Program-made: the position numbers and the translations under genes
Part shown: positions 48,505-60,690 of the stretch, piece after piece
Numbering within the stretch: position 1 is the first letter of the stretch
How the letters are laid out: each line of letters begins with the position of its first letter
Notes under the pieces: model-generated
Told to the model about the DNA's origin: nothing
The model's input: only the letters and a program-made list of their open reading frames with translations
The model's database searches: none
Origin: Octopus sinensis
Lineage: Eukaryota
DNA: 64,000 nucleotides
NCBI RefSeq assembly: GCF_006345805.1
Contig: NC_043006.1
Span: 85,312,001-85,376,000, forward strand
Direction: 5' to 3'

Positions 48505-48622
48505 GTTAGTTTCTCTGTTTTCTTTTTCTATTATTTTAATAATTTATACCCATATCCATCAATGAGAAACTAACATCTTCGGTTTTTCACTGACACTGGA
48601 TAAAACTGGCAAACTTGGATGC

Positions 48623-48639
<17 letters not shown>

Positions 48640-48656
<17 letters not shown>

Positions 48657-49600
48657 CCAGGAAAGAAAACCCAAGTGCAAGTGCCTCTACCACCATCAAA
48701 GTGGAAAATCGAGGAGGTGAAAGTGCCAAGAAAGACTAACCAAAAGGTGCAAGAACAAAAGACCAAACAACCAAAGAAAGAAGCAAGTCTGACTGCCCAA
48801 ACAACAAAAAGGATAAAAATAGACAGCACACATGTGTAAATTCTAAATTTCTACTTGAAAGGTTTCTGCTGGCATTGAGAGGGAGGTGCAAGCTGCCATT
48901 TTGCACACCCAAAGACCCTGGGTGGAAACCATCTGCCAAAAGGAAAGGATCATGTACTATCTGCCCTAAAACTGAAATATGCAGAAGTAGTGCATGCTAC
49001 AAACCAGTTCTATTAACATGTTGTTGAACAGGCAGCTGTTGAACAACAATCGTTTTTGTGTATGGCACAAAAGATTGTACAGCAACTGACCTAGCTACAT
49101 CAATCTCATAGATGGGACTATCCCCAATACACAAGACCATCACAGCAAATGGACTCAAGGTGAATACCACTGGAAACAACACAGACATTACATCGGTGCT
49201 CTTACTGAATATCAGAGGACTGGTAACACTTGGTAACAAGACAAAAATTCCTTTCCTGAGAGACCTTGTTACATGCAATCAAGCCTTATGCATAGAACTT
49301 ATGGAAACACACCTGAAATCAGATATAGCAAATGCAGAAATACACATACCACAGTATGTCATAGTAAGGACTGAAAGAAAAGAAAGGAGTCATGGTGGAG
49401 TTGCTATGTACATCCATGAAGACCTTACACCCCAGGTCCTTTTGTCACATTCAGATTCAGTATGTGACACACCAATTGTATATACAAGACAACTCAATGT
49501 AGTTACATGTACTACATATTGCCCTCCAGATGCTCTGAATCATGCAGACAAGTTCGAAGTCTGCCTTACAAAAAAAGAAGTTCTAGTTCAAGTTACATGG
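48640..49600 (+). mobile_element. 5' part of an APE-type LINE (Cys/His ORF1 remnant plus AP endonuclease)
   Basis: ORF 49112-49621 has LLLNIRGL, ETHL, RxERKERSHGGVAMYI and TYCPP. Upstream is a degenerate CKFYLKGFC..CHFAHPK zinc-finger pattern. Confidence 0.75.
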
Positions 49601-50335
49601 CGTTTACTATTTTGTAGGTAGCATTTATCTATCAGGTTTCTCATTTTGGGTCTCTGTAAGAGTATTAGTAGGTTTGATTGTATAATGTGGAAAATATTGG
49701 TTACTCCACGGTTGTGTGTATTAATAAATGGAAAAGCATGTTCCTTGCTTTTTTTTCTTTTAGAGTTCTTAGTTGTGTGATGTCTAATTTCATCGCTTTT
49801 GAGATTCCATTATTTATTACTTTCACAGGGTAATTTTGTTCTTGTAGGAAGTTTTTGAGTTCATCAAGTCTAATTTGGTGTATTTGTAGGTCAATTACTA
49901 TGGTGCAGATGTGTCTTGCCACACTGCATGGGATGTTCTTTTTGATGTGAGGGGTGGCAAGAGTAGAAATTTAAATATTGGTGTGTGTCCGTTTTTTTAT
50001 AAAATATGCCTGTTGTAACATTGAAGTTGTATTTTGATGTGAATGTCTAGGAATGGTAGTTCATTGTAGCTGGGTTTTTGTTGGGAATTTGATAGATGGG
50101 TGCAGTATGTTGAGGATGTTGTGAAATGTTTGTAGGTCTTCTTTTGGTCTATCCTAAAAAATGAAGCAGTCATGGAGGTAGCGTTTCCACTTCTTCATAA
50201 TGTTTTCCTTGAAGTTGTGATCAAAGATTTTTCATACTTCCTTGTAAAGTTTACCTTCTAAGTAACCTATGACTAAGTTGGCATATGAAGATGCAAATTT
50301 TGTACCCATAGCCATACCCTTTAACTGTCAGTATA

Positions 50336-50902
50336 TCTATATATATAAAACTGTAGTTGTGTGAGTGTCTGTCCCCTTCGATTTAGATTCCTAACTCCTC
50401 CCACATTTTGTGGTGCAGTTTAACCAAATTCGGGTATCTTATAGTCGTGATTAATATCGAGCCCATCTGGCTATTAGCGCGCGTCTACGATGAGTCTACG
50501 ATTTTAAAAATAATTTAACATCATTTTTTATTCCATTTTAATGCATAATTTTTCATGTGTCGATGGCGGCGGTGTTGGCATCCACGCTCAAACACCTGCA
50601 CCTGTGTTTGCTTCTTCCCCTTCTTCCCTCCCTCGTGAAGCTGTGGGGAAGGGAGTGTAAAGAAATCAACGTCGTAAAGCGTTGTCAAGGAGACCAGCGT
50701 TCTTTTAGAACAACGACTTCATGGATTGAAGACACCAAAACAGAAAATGTCTACAATGAGTCAACGATTTAAAAAAAAATTTACCATAATTTTTTTTCCA
50801 TTTTTAATGCATTTTTTTTGCTATTTTTGGCTATAACTCTCTAAAAATGCTTATGTAGTTATTTCCCTTACAAACCCGAGCAATGCTGGGCGATACTGCT
50901 AG
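50336..50902 (+). mobile_element. Non-autonomous Helitron inserted in the PLE RT
   Basis: Starts TCTATATATATAAAA and ends with a CCCGAGCAATGCTGGG hairpin followed by CTAG. Sits between host A and T with no TSD; removing it rejoins RT sequence (FITK / Y..KGMAMG). Confidence 0.85.
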
Positions 50903-53695
50903 TTTTGTAATAAATCTGAAGGTGTTTTCTTCTAGTACTAAACAAATGGCTTTGGTAATGAAGTCTGTTTTGAAACAGTCATCTATACATCTTCTGTGTC
51001 TCTCTACCCAGTGTTTGACTGCCTCCAAGCTCAAGGTATGAGGTATGTTGGTATAAAGGTTAGTGACGTCAAAATTTGCAAGTATAGTACCTTCTGGGAC
51101 AATAGTTGGGATGTGTTTGAGAAAGTCCATGTCATCCTGTATATAGCTGGGTATTAATGGGCATAAGGGTTTGAGGAGTATGTTAAAGACGTGACTACGT
51201 TGTTGTTTGGGGCTTGGGGCCCAGCAACTATTGGTCTCATTTTGAGGTCTGTCTTTGTATTTTTACATAGTAGCTCCACTGTTCATTTATGGCCCTCTGT
51301 ATCTCAGAACTTTTGTGGATTTTGGGCAATCTGTAGTAAGTGCTCTCTTTGGTTATGGAGTTGCATATATAGTCTTTTTCTTTGTCTGTGAAGGAATCCT
51401 GGTATTCATTAATTAATGTTCTGATTTTATTCAGTGTTGCTTTTTCTGGGTGTTTTGATTCTTCTTTATAGTATGTTTGATCTGTTAAAATTTCTAGTAT
51501 TTTTTCTTTGTTGTAGTCTGTATCAATGATTATTATCACCCCACCCTTGTCGGCTTCCTTAAGGATGATTAAATTGTCGTTCTTTAGTCTTTGTAAAGCT
51601 TCCTTTTCTCCTTCACGAAGGCTGTTTGCATTTACAGTATCTAGGTGTTTGTCGCCCACCTTGTAAGGAGTGGAATGAGATTTTTTTTTAATGATTAATT
51701 CAACCTCTACTTTCTTATTATCAAAGAATTCTATAATGCGGAGGTGATGGTTGAAGTTCTCAATATTGGTTTTTAGCTCTATGAGATTCAGAGTGGGTGT
51801 TGAGTAAATTTGTAACCTTTTAATAGGGGGCTCATTTCATTTTTGTTGAGGTCTCTATTTGATAAATTTATAATTTTAGGGTCTATGTGTTTTGTAGGTT
51901 CATTAGGAACTTCTGTTGTATTGGGTTTGGAGCATAGTTGTAGCATTTTCTCCCTAAAAAAAGGAGTTGTATTGTTATGTTTCCAATTTCTATTTCTGGG
52001 GTTCAGGTTTCCTTGTAGGTGAGGGAACAGTTCATGTTGCCTGTATATATTTCCATAGTAGTTGTCTTCCTCCAATCTTCTATGTTTATTGGGCCATGTG
52101 GGAATGGTGGTTGTATATCATAGGTTTCTTGAGTTTTCATTAAGATTTTTATATTATAGTTTCCCACTTGTCTTTCTTTCTATGTGTTCATCCCTCTAAG
52201 TCATTCAGTATTATGAGTTAATGGTTGTCTGTATTTTGCTTGTCTTTCTTCCCATGTGTTCCTCCATCTAGAATATTTAGTTGATGGTTGTTTTTTTTAT
52301 ATTCTGTGTATTTGTTAATCACAGTATGAAGGGTTGCTATCGTAGAGTACAGGTTTCTAATCTGTATTTGAGATGAGTTGGAGTTATTTTCTGCATATGA
52401 TTTTGGATGTCTGGGGATCCGATATTCTTGTTTCAATCCTCTGGGGTCGGTGTTTGTGTTATTTTTTGATTTTAATATATTTTTTTTTGTTGTGCTGGTT
52501 TTGTTTTCATTATGGATTTTTCTCCATAGTTTTTTCCACAGTTAGTGAACCAATCCTGTTTTTTTCCCCACATTCTTCTTCTTGTTTATTGTCTTGTTTC
52601 CATAGTTGTTGCAGCTTTTCTAAATTCTGGTTGTCATTTCTTTCAGAGATTTCGGCAAATATGATTGTATCAGTGGTTGGGGCCTTCTTTTCCTGCCATA
52701 CTTTTCGTGCTTGGAGAAGAGATATTTCTACTTCCAGACAGCATAGTGCTAAGTTCACATATATCATAGTTTCTTCCAGTGCTTCACCTTTTATTTCTTT
52801 AATAAGAAATTTCCTGGGGAGGATTGGGTTCTCCTTGCTTCGCCAATTTTGGTATATGTTAGCTATATTGTTGCAACGAATGCTCTTCCAATAAACATGC
52901 TTGCATTGATTCAGAAGCTTGTTCCAAAGTTGTGACTTTAAAGGTTTTTGGTTTCTTCCCCTCCCAAAAGGAAAAAACCAACAATGTCCACACTGATACA
53001 AAAGCCATGCCTCCTTTACCTCAAACTTTTTTCTTTCTTTTCCATTCCTTCACAAACCACACAAAACACTCATTCTACTTTCTTTTCTCTTCTCTGCCTT
53101 CACTATCTCCCACTTTCTCCTCCTCCCTCACACCTGCACCTTCCTTTCTAATTCGTTCCCCACCCTCTCTCCCTTTCTAAAACATCATCAGTTTTGATTT
53201 TATATAAAAAGACAAAGCAAACTGACTGTAAATCACTTTTTTGATGAATCTCATAATGGAAGAAAATGCTAAAAATGTAAATGAAAATATATATAATCAT
53301 CCAGCATTCCGACTACCTTGTTATTTTCTCTCTCTCTCTCTCTATATATATATAATATATATATATTAACACACACATATATGTATATGCATACATATAT
53401 ATATGCATATATACATATATATATATATATACATACACAAACACACACACACATATATATATATATATACAAAATAAGAAAATGGAGAAATAAATCGAAA
53501 TCAAATATCAATTACCAGATAATACTCAATCACATACTTTATTAAACCACCACATAAGAAACTATAAGGTTAAACATAATAATGTAGGGTAAAACAGTGT
53601 ACATGAAGGAGTGTACATAAAATAGTAATGTTATACAATAAGTAGAATACATATAATAGAAAATAAATATAAGTACACATAAATATAAATATAGA

Positions 53696-53830
53696 CTATA
53701 TCTTACAGCTGTTTCGGCCATGTAGGTAAGCATGTCTCATTTAACTTATATCAGCCATTTATGGTAGGTCAATATGTAGTTATAAATGAGACATTTACAA
53801 AAACATCCTAAGGCCTCTTCGGAGATTACA
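53696..53830 (-). ncRNA. Same hammerhead-like fold, copy 2 (sense to the PLE ORF)
   Basis: Reverse complement of copy 1, with additional TAGG/CCTA pairing in helix II. Confidence 0.62.
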
Positions 53831-54502
53831 AATTAGATTACATACATACTTATATAGGTGTGGGTACATACCCATAATAAAACATATACATATACATATG
53901 AGTGCATATACTCATACTCCTATACATAATGATATAAATAATATAAATAATAAACATACATATGCTCCACATTCAATGTTACAGTTTTTCAACTATTGTT
54001 GTGATAATTACAATCTAGAAAAACATACACATATTAATACCTAAATGCAGATATAGAGAGTCAAGATTACATTCTATTAGTTCTTATTAATTTCCAAAAT
54101 GTCATTAATGTTAGCATCATTATCCTTGTCGATAAAACTAATGCTACCAATATCATCATTCATATTATTATTAATAACGCTAATACCAGAGAAATAATAC
54201 ATAAATTCCATTATTAGCAATATAGTCACAATAGTATTACAATACCAATCTTGACTCTCTATATCTGCATTTAGGTATTAATATGTGTATGTTTTTCTAG
54301 ATTGTAATTATCACAACATTAAGTTGAAAAACTGGGACATTGAATGTGGAGCATGTGTATGTTTATTAATTTATATTATTTATATCATTATGTATATGTA
54401 TATTTATATGTATAGGAGTATGAGTATATGCACTCATATGTATATGTATATGTTTTATTATGGGTATGTACCCACACCTATATAAGTATGTATGTAATCT
54501 AA

Positions 54503-54639
54503 TTTGTAATCTCCGAAGAGGCTTTAGGATGTTTTTGTAAATGTCTCATTTATAACTACATATTGACCTACCATAAATGGCTAATATAAGTTAAATGAGA
54601 CATGCTTATCTACATGGCCGAAACAGCTGTAAGATATAG
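54503..54639 (+). ncRNA. Same hammerhead-like fold, copy 3 (inverted pseudo-LTR)
   Basis: CCGAAGA at 54513-54519, GAAAC at 54620-54624, GTA at 54629-54631. Confidence 0.6.
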
Positions 54640-55037
54640 TCTATATTTATATTTATGTGTACTTATATTTATTTTCTATTATACATATTCTACTTATTGT
54701 ATAACATTACTATTTTATGTACACTCCTTCATGTACACTGTTTTACCCTACATTATTATGTTTAACCTTATAGTTTCTTATGTGGTGGTTTAATAAAGTA
54801 TGTGATTGAGTATTATCTGGTAATTGATATTTGATTTCGATGTATTTCTCCATTTTCTTATTTTGTATTATGAATTTGTGGTAAAACATTTTACCTTTGC
54901 CCATATAATACAATAAATGAATTAATTGTATCGCAATTCTTAACATTTATGTATTAACTTTGTTGGGTACTTCACTAGCAGTATATTGGATATATGTTAT
55001 CCCATGGAGGGTTGCATTTACAACCCCTATCTCAATT

Positions 55038-55076
<39 letters not shown>

Positions 55077-55104
55077 GAGAAAGAAGCAACAAGAATGGAT
55101 TGGT

Positions 55105-55195
55105 TTTTAGTACAATTGTTTCATACAAAGACAGGCTTTATTACAAGTTGCAAAAATTGCAGCAGATAAAAGCGTCCCGTACTCATCAGCTAAAA
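55105..55195 (-). ncRNA. Type-I hammerhead ribozyme fold with 60-nt helix II
   Basis: TTTTAG-CTGATGA-GTAC...GTAT-GAAAC-AATT-GTA-CTAAAA. Perfect 6-bp stem I, canonical core, apical TGCAA/TTGCA hairpin. Confidence 0.78.
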
Positions 55196-55310
55196 TACAT
55201 TTGAGTTCTCTAGACATCTTAGTGAGTGAGGTTATACTCATGAGATATTGGAGATAGTTCCATTAGAGGCAGATATAGGTTGTAAACAGTTTTCCAAAGT
55301 TCCTTAATGA

Positions 55311-55520
55311 TGATGCACAGTCTTATCACAGATTTTTAAAAAACTTATTAGTTTCGAAGAGAAGATGAATCAATCCATAGTGTAGATTTAAATTTCCAGA
55401 GATATGAAGAGGATGATGCACAGACTTATCACAGGTTTTTAAAGACTTATTAGCTTCACAGAAAAGGTGAATTAATCCATAGTGAAGATTTACATTTCCA
55501 GTGGTAAGATGAGGGATTTC
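55311..55520. repeat. 103-bp tandem duplication
   Basis: TGATGCACAG(T/A)CTTATCACAG starts at 55311 and 55414, with colinear downstream sequence. Confidence 0.8.
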
Positions 55521-55669
55521 ATACTCACAGACGATGTATTTAACCATTATTAATCCACAATCATTTCATGCTATATGATAAGGTAATTTGCCATGTTATT
55601 GCTCTCCATGCAAAACTGCTATGTTGAGAATTCTAAAGGCTGAAGGAATTTATTTGTGGGGCAGAGAAA

Positions 55670-55835
55670 ATAAAATAAGATAAAAGAAAAAGGAAAGAGA
55701 CAAGGAAAAAAGAAAAAGAAAAAGGAGAAGAAGAAGAAATAAGGAAAAGAAAGAGAAAAAAAGAAAAAGAAAAAAGAAAAAGAAGAAAAAGGAAAAGAAA
55801 AAAAGAAAAAGTGGAATGGGGAGAAAAGGAAAAGG
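55670..55835. repeat. (GAAAAA)n-type purine microsatellite
   Basis: Directly visible in the sequence. Confidence 0.85.
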
Positions 55836-56441
55836 CGCCTATATAGAGTATACTGTGACAACTTAGCGGGAGAGGTTTTTTTAAGTGACCAAATACAGAA
55901 GAATTTGTAGATAGCTTAGTTAGCTTGAATCTTTAAGAATCTTTAAGAATTCAGGAACTAAGAGGAAAGAAAATGTTTTTTTTTTTGTTTTTTGTTTTTT
56001 TTTTGACCAGTATACTGCTATTTACTATCTGAAAGCAGATATGAATCTAAAGAGAATTTAAAGAGATAAACAAGGTCAGAGGTAGAGGGGTCAATAGCTA
56101 TCGCTAAAAGGAAATACAATAAGAGAAAGGATCTAAGTGCAACCCTTAACCAAAGGTCATTTAAATTATTTATTTATTTATTTATTCAAGTTACTGTCTT
56201 AAAAATTGTAGCCGTTACTATCAATAACATTAACGGACTACCGGTCGAAACCTAGAATTTTAATTAACAAGGTGTGATGGAATTGTCTATTTTATTGAAG
56301 TTTATCATACTACTTTCAAGGGAGTTTCTTCGCTTAATTAATTCTGTAATAGAATTGTTAAGCTTTAGTAACTTAATTTATTAAAGTAGTGTTACTTAAA
56401 CTAGATTAAGTTCCAATATATATATTTTTATATATATATAT

Positions 56442-56475
<34 letters not shown>

Positions 56476-56689
56476 CCGGAAACGTACGTCCATAATTAAC
56501 CGAAGACTGTGTGATTTCATTATTTTTCTTCTTTTTTTGCCATATGTGAGTTACAAATATTGTTGTCTGTGGAGACTTATTTTTGTAGCAAAAGGAAATA
56601 GTAGTCTTTTGGCTGCTATTTCTAAAATTTTCCGTATGTGGTTTAAGCAACTTGTTGCAAAAAACCCTTATTATTATAATTATATTTAT

Positions 56690-56746
56690 ATATATATATA
56701 TATATACATACATACGTGTATATAAAATATATATGTATATATACAT

Positions 56747-56845
<99 letters not shown>

Positions 56846-56890
56846 TATATATATATATTTACATACATGTATATATATATATGCATATAT
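56690..56890. repeat. Long (TA)n microsatellite; similar tracts at 46573-46626, 60690-60970 and 63455-63545
   Basis: Directly visible. These tracts account for the YIYI/IYIY junk ORFs in the ORF track. Confidence 0.95.
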
Positions 56891-57249
56891 CCCTCCCCTA
56901 TAAAAACCAATGCACGCGGCTTGATCCTTTCTATTCTTACTTCCATACCCCTGGCTGTAACACGAAACACGAACCTCGGGATTAAAAATAGCAGCTAAGA
57001 TATTTTTAAGATTTCGACTTGTTCCTCCTTTCATTGTTTTTTGCGAGTATTATCACCATAAAACCTTATTGTTTCCTCTTTCTTATTGTCGTTGTCTTTC
57101 GTCTCAAATGCTAGCTCAAGCATTTCTCCACAACATATGCCTTCACTCATAGAAACTTATTCACACGAGCACAAAGCATTTCGTCTCAAATCTTGTCTTT
57201 CTCCCTCATCTATCAGTCTTTCTGTCGCTTAAATTCCTACTCCATCGTT

Positions 57250-60200
57250 CATAGTGCGCGGTTCTGCTAGGTTCCTCACAGGCAAAGGACACAGGTACAA
57301 GATTTTCTGGGCAGGAAACACTGACGGGTTTGGAGGCATGGGTATACTTCTCGCTGAAAAATTGGTAGATAAGGTACTTGAGGTAATCAGAGTAAGTGAC
57401 AGAATACTTAAGATTAGAATAGTGCTTCATCATGGATTAGCAACCATTATATCGGCCTATGCCCCTCAGCCAGGGCTACCCGATGGACAGAAAGACCAAT
57501 TCTATGACGCCTTACTACAGACTACCTCGTTGACGAACGACAGAGACCTTCTCTTTGTGGCTGGCGATTTCAATGGGCATGTTGCAAAACATGCTGGGGG
57601 CTTCCATGGTGTACATGGAGGCTATGGCTATGGTTCTCGCAACGAGGAGGGAACCAGGCAACTGGAGTTCTGCGACACAAATGATCTCATGGTTTGCAAC
57701 ACTAACTTCAGGAAACCTACCAGCCACCTAGTCACCTACCGATCGGGTCGACATACCAGCCAAATTGACTACATCCTTGCCAGGAAAAGGGAAAGATGGC
57801 TGCTTATAAATGCCAAAACCCTCCCAGGCGAAGAATGTACCCCACAACATAGACTGGTAGTTAGTGACTTTAGGATCAGGACTAAGAGGACGACCAGAAG
57901 ACGACCAATATGGAGAAGAAGGATCTGGAAGCTTAAAGATCCTGCAAATGGACAGAGATTTAGGGACGTATTACTTGAAGCCTTTGACAAAGTAGAAGGG
58001 GATAGAGCATCACAGGGGGTAGAAGACAACTGGACGTTTCTAAGGGACAACCTGCTGAGAGCCACTGACCAGATCTGTGGCTGGTGCAAAGTCCCCTCTC
58101 GACCTAGAATAACGTGGTGGTGGAACAATGTTGTAGACAGGGCTATTAGAGAAAAGAGACAGGCTTGGAAGGACTGGAAAAATGAGGGTCGCAGGGAATT
58201 GTATCAGACTGCCAAAAGAGAAGCTAGGAGACAGGTTTATTTAGCCAGAGGGGAAGCAGATAAGAAAAAATTTGCCAATGTTCTGCGCTGTGAGGACCAA
58301 AGACTTGAGGTATTTTGCGTTGCAAGACAGTGTGTGAGAGAGAATCTTGATGTTGTAGGAGAGAAATGTGTTTGCATGGATGATGGTTCACTTGCGCTAA
58401 ATAAGGATGCAAAGAGAGAGGTGTGGAGACGCCACTATGAAAGGTTGCTGAATGAAGAAAATGAATGGGATAAAGAGAGTCTGCCGAATGTCGACCCAAC
58501 AGAGGGACCAGCTATCCGAGTTGACAGTTCCTTGGTAATTGAGGCAATTAGAAGCATGAAGACAGGGAAAGCCCCAGGCACATCAGGAATTACTGCAGAG
58601 ATGCTCAAAATATCTGGTAGTGTCGGCTATAGCCTAGTCACCCATATAGTTAACCAGGTAATATACGAAGGAGTCATACCCAATGACTGGTGTAGCAGCA
58701 TAATAGTCAACTGCTACAAAGGTAAAGGTGACGCCCTAGATACAAATAATTACAGAGGTATCAAGCTGTTGGATCAGGTAATGAAGGTTATGGAGAGGGT
58801 CATAGCCCAACTAATTAGAGAGAGAGTTAGTTTAGATGAGATGCAGTTTGGATTCGTGCCAGGGAAAAGCACCACTGATGCCATATTCCTGGTAAGAAAG
58901 CTGCAGGAGAAATATCTAGCCAAAGATAAGACCCTGTACCTGGCTTTCGTTGACATGGAGAAAGCTTTCGACAGGGTCCCCCGATCCCTTATCTGGTGGT
59001 CAATGAGGAAACTAGGGATAGATGAATGGTTAGTGAGAGCTGTGCAAGCCATGTACAGGGACACTGCTAGTAAGGTGAGGGTTGGCTACGAGTACAGTGA
59101 AGAATTCCGGGTAGAGGTAGGGGTCCACCAAGGTTCAGCCCTCAGCCCCCTCCTATTTATCCTAGTCCTCCAGGCAATAACGGAGGAATTCAAGACAGGA
59201 TGCCCCTGGGAGCTCCTCTATGCTGATGACCTTGCTCTAATTGCTGAGTCACTATCAGAACTGGAGGAGAAGTTTCAGGTGTGGAAGCAAGGATTAGAAT
59301 CGAAGGGCCTTAGAGTCAACCTAGCTAAAACCAAAGTCCTTAATAAGTAGGAAGGTAGACAAGTCACAAACGCCTTCAGGTAGATGGCCTTGCTTGATCT
59401 GTAGGAAAGGCGTAGGTAGAAACTCTATAAGATGCACCAAGTGTAAGCTATGGACACACAAGAGGTGCAGCAACGTCAAGGGAAGGCTAACTAGGAAGAT
59501 AGTTTTTGTATGTGGCAGATGCTCAGGAGCAATAAACACTGAAAATGCTCTGAGACCAATTTCCGTCACTTTCCAGGGAGAAAAACTAGAAATAGTTGAT
59601 AGCTTCCGTTACCTTGGTGACCAAGTCAGTAGCGGGGGCGGGTGTGTTGAAAGTGTAACTGCTAGAGTAAGAATATCTTGGGCAAAGTTCAGAGAGTTCT
59701 TGCCTCTGCTAGGGACAAAAGCCTCTCGCTCAGAGTAAAAGGTAGACTGTATGATGCTTGTGTACGAACAGCCATGCTATATGGGCCGTGACTGCTGAGG
59801 ATATGCGTAAGCTCGCAAGAAATGAAGCCAGTATGCTCCGATGGGTGTGTAATGTCAGTACTCATACTCGGCAGACTGTAAGTACCTTGAGAGAAAAGCT
59901 GGACCTAAGAAGCATCAGTTGTGGTGTGCAAGAGAGACGTTTGCGCTGGTATGGCCATGTGGCGAGAATGGATGAAGATAGTTGTGTGAAAAAGTGCCAC
60001 ACCCTAGCTGTTGAGGGAATCTGTGGAAGAGGCAGACCCAGGAAAACCTGGGATGTGGTGGTGAAGCACGACCTTCGAACTTTAGGTCTCACCGAGGAAA
60101 TGACTAGAGACCAAGAACTTTGGAAGTATGCTGTGCGTGAGAAGACCCGGCAGGACAAGTGAGACCATCACTCATGGCCTCAGTCCACTTATGCATACCT

Positions 60201-60690
60201 TTCCTTCTTGGGACACAAAACCCTACTTGCGAAGACCTGTTAAGGCAAGTGAAAATCAAAAAATGACAAAATCAAAAATCGATCAACATGAATGGAAATT
60301 GTCACTGTGATTCAGTGCTGGTGGCACATAAGAGAACCATCCAAACGTGGCCGTTGCCAGTGCCGCCCTGACCGGCTTCCGTGCCGGTGGCACGTAAAAA
60401 GCACCATCCAATCGTGGCTGTTGCCAGCCTCGCCTGGCCTCCGTGCCGGTGGCACATAAAAAGCACCATCTGACCGTGGCTGTTTGCTAGACTTGTCTGG
60501 CACCTGTGCAGGTGGCACGTAAAAAGCACCCACTACACTCATGGAGTGGTTGGCGTTAGGAAGGGCATCCAGCCGTAGAAACATTGCCAGATCAGACTGG
60601 GCCTGGTGCAGCCTTCTGGCTTCCCAGACCCCAGTTGCACCGTCCAACCCATGCCAGTATGGAAAGCGGACGCTAAACGATGATGATGAT
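57250..60690 (+). mobile_element. RTE-clade LINE, 5'-truncated, frameshifted, with 3' UTR and (GAT)n tail
   Basis: 698-aa ORF with AP endonuclease (SAYAPQ, GDFNGH, IDYIL, QHRLVV) and RT (QFGFVPGKSTTDA, GVHQGS, LLYADD). A 1-nt insertion near 59341 and a deletion near 59780 break the C-terminus. Ends GGACGCTAAACGATGATGATGAT. Confidence 0.93.

Larger units (their letters stand above)
49600..54866 (-). mobile_element. Decayed Penelope-like retroelement: inverted pseudo-LTR pair at the 5' end, broken RT ORF, 3' end (GIY-YIG region) not seen
   Basis: Minus-strand ORF fragments 52510-53001, 51788-52075, 51237-51659 (IILKEADKGG, YYRLPKIHK), 50831-51130 (LANFDVTNLYTNIPH), then KGMAMGTKFASSYANL and WKRYLHDCF. 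Repeats 53469-54068 and 54247-54866 are inverted. Confidence 0.85.

Noticed and set aside
48500-48582. CCGAAGA followed by a 12-bp stem as a hammerhead
   Set aside because: The stem is followed by TATAGAC, not GAAA.
60300-60560. ~45-50-bp spaced GGCACGTAAAAAGCACC repeats resembling a CRISPR array
   Set aside because: Eukaryotic RTE 3' UTR tandem repeats with related spacers; seen in every RTE copy and no cas genes are present.
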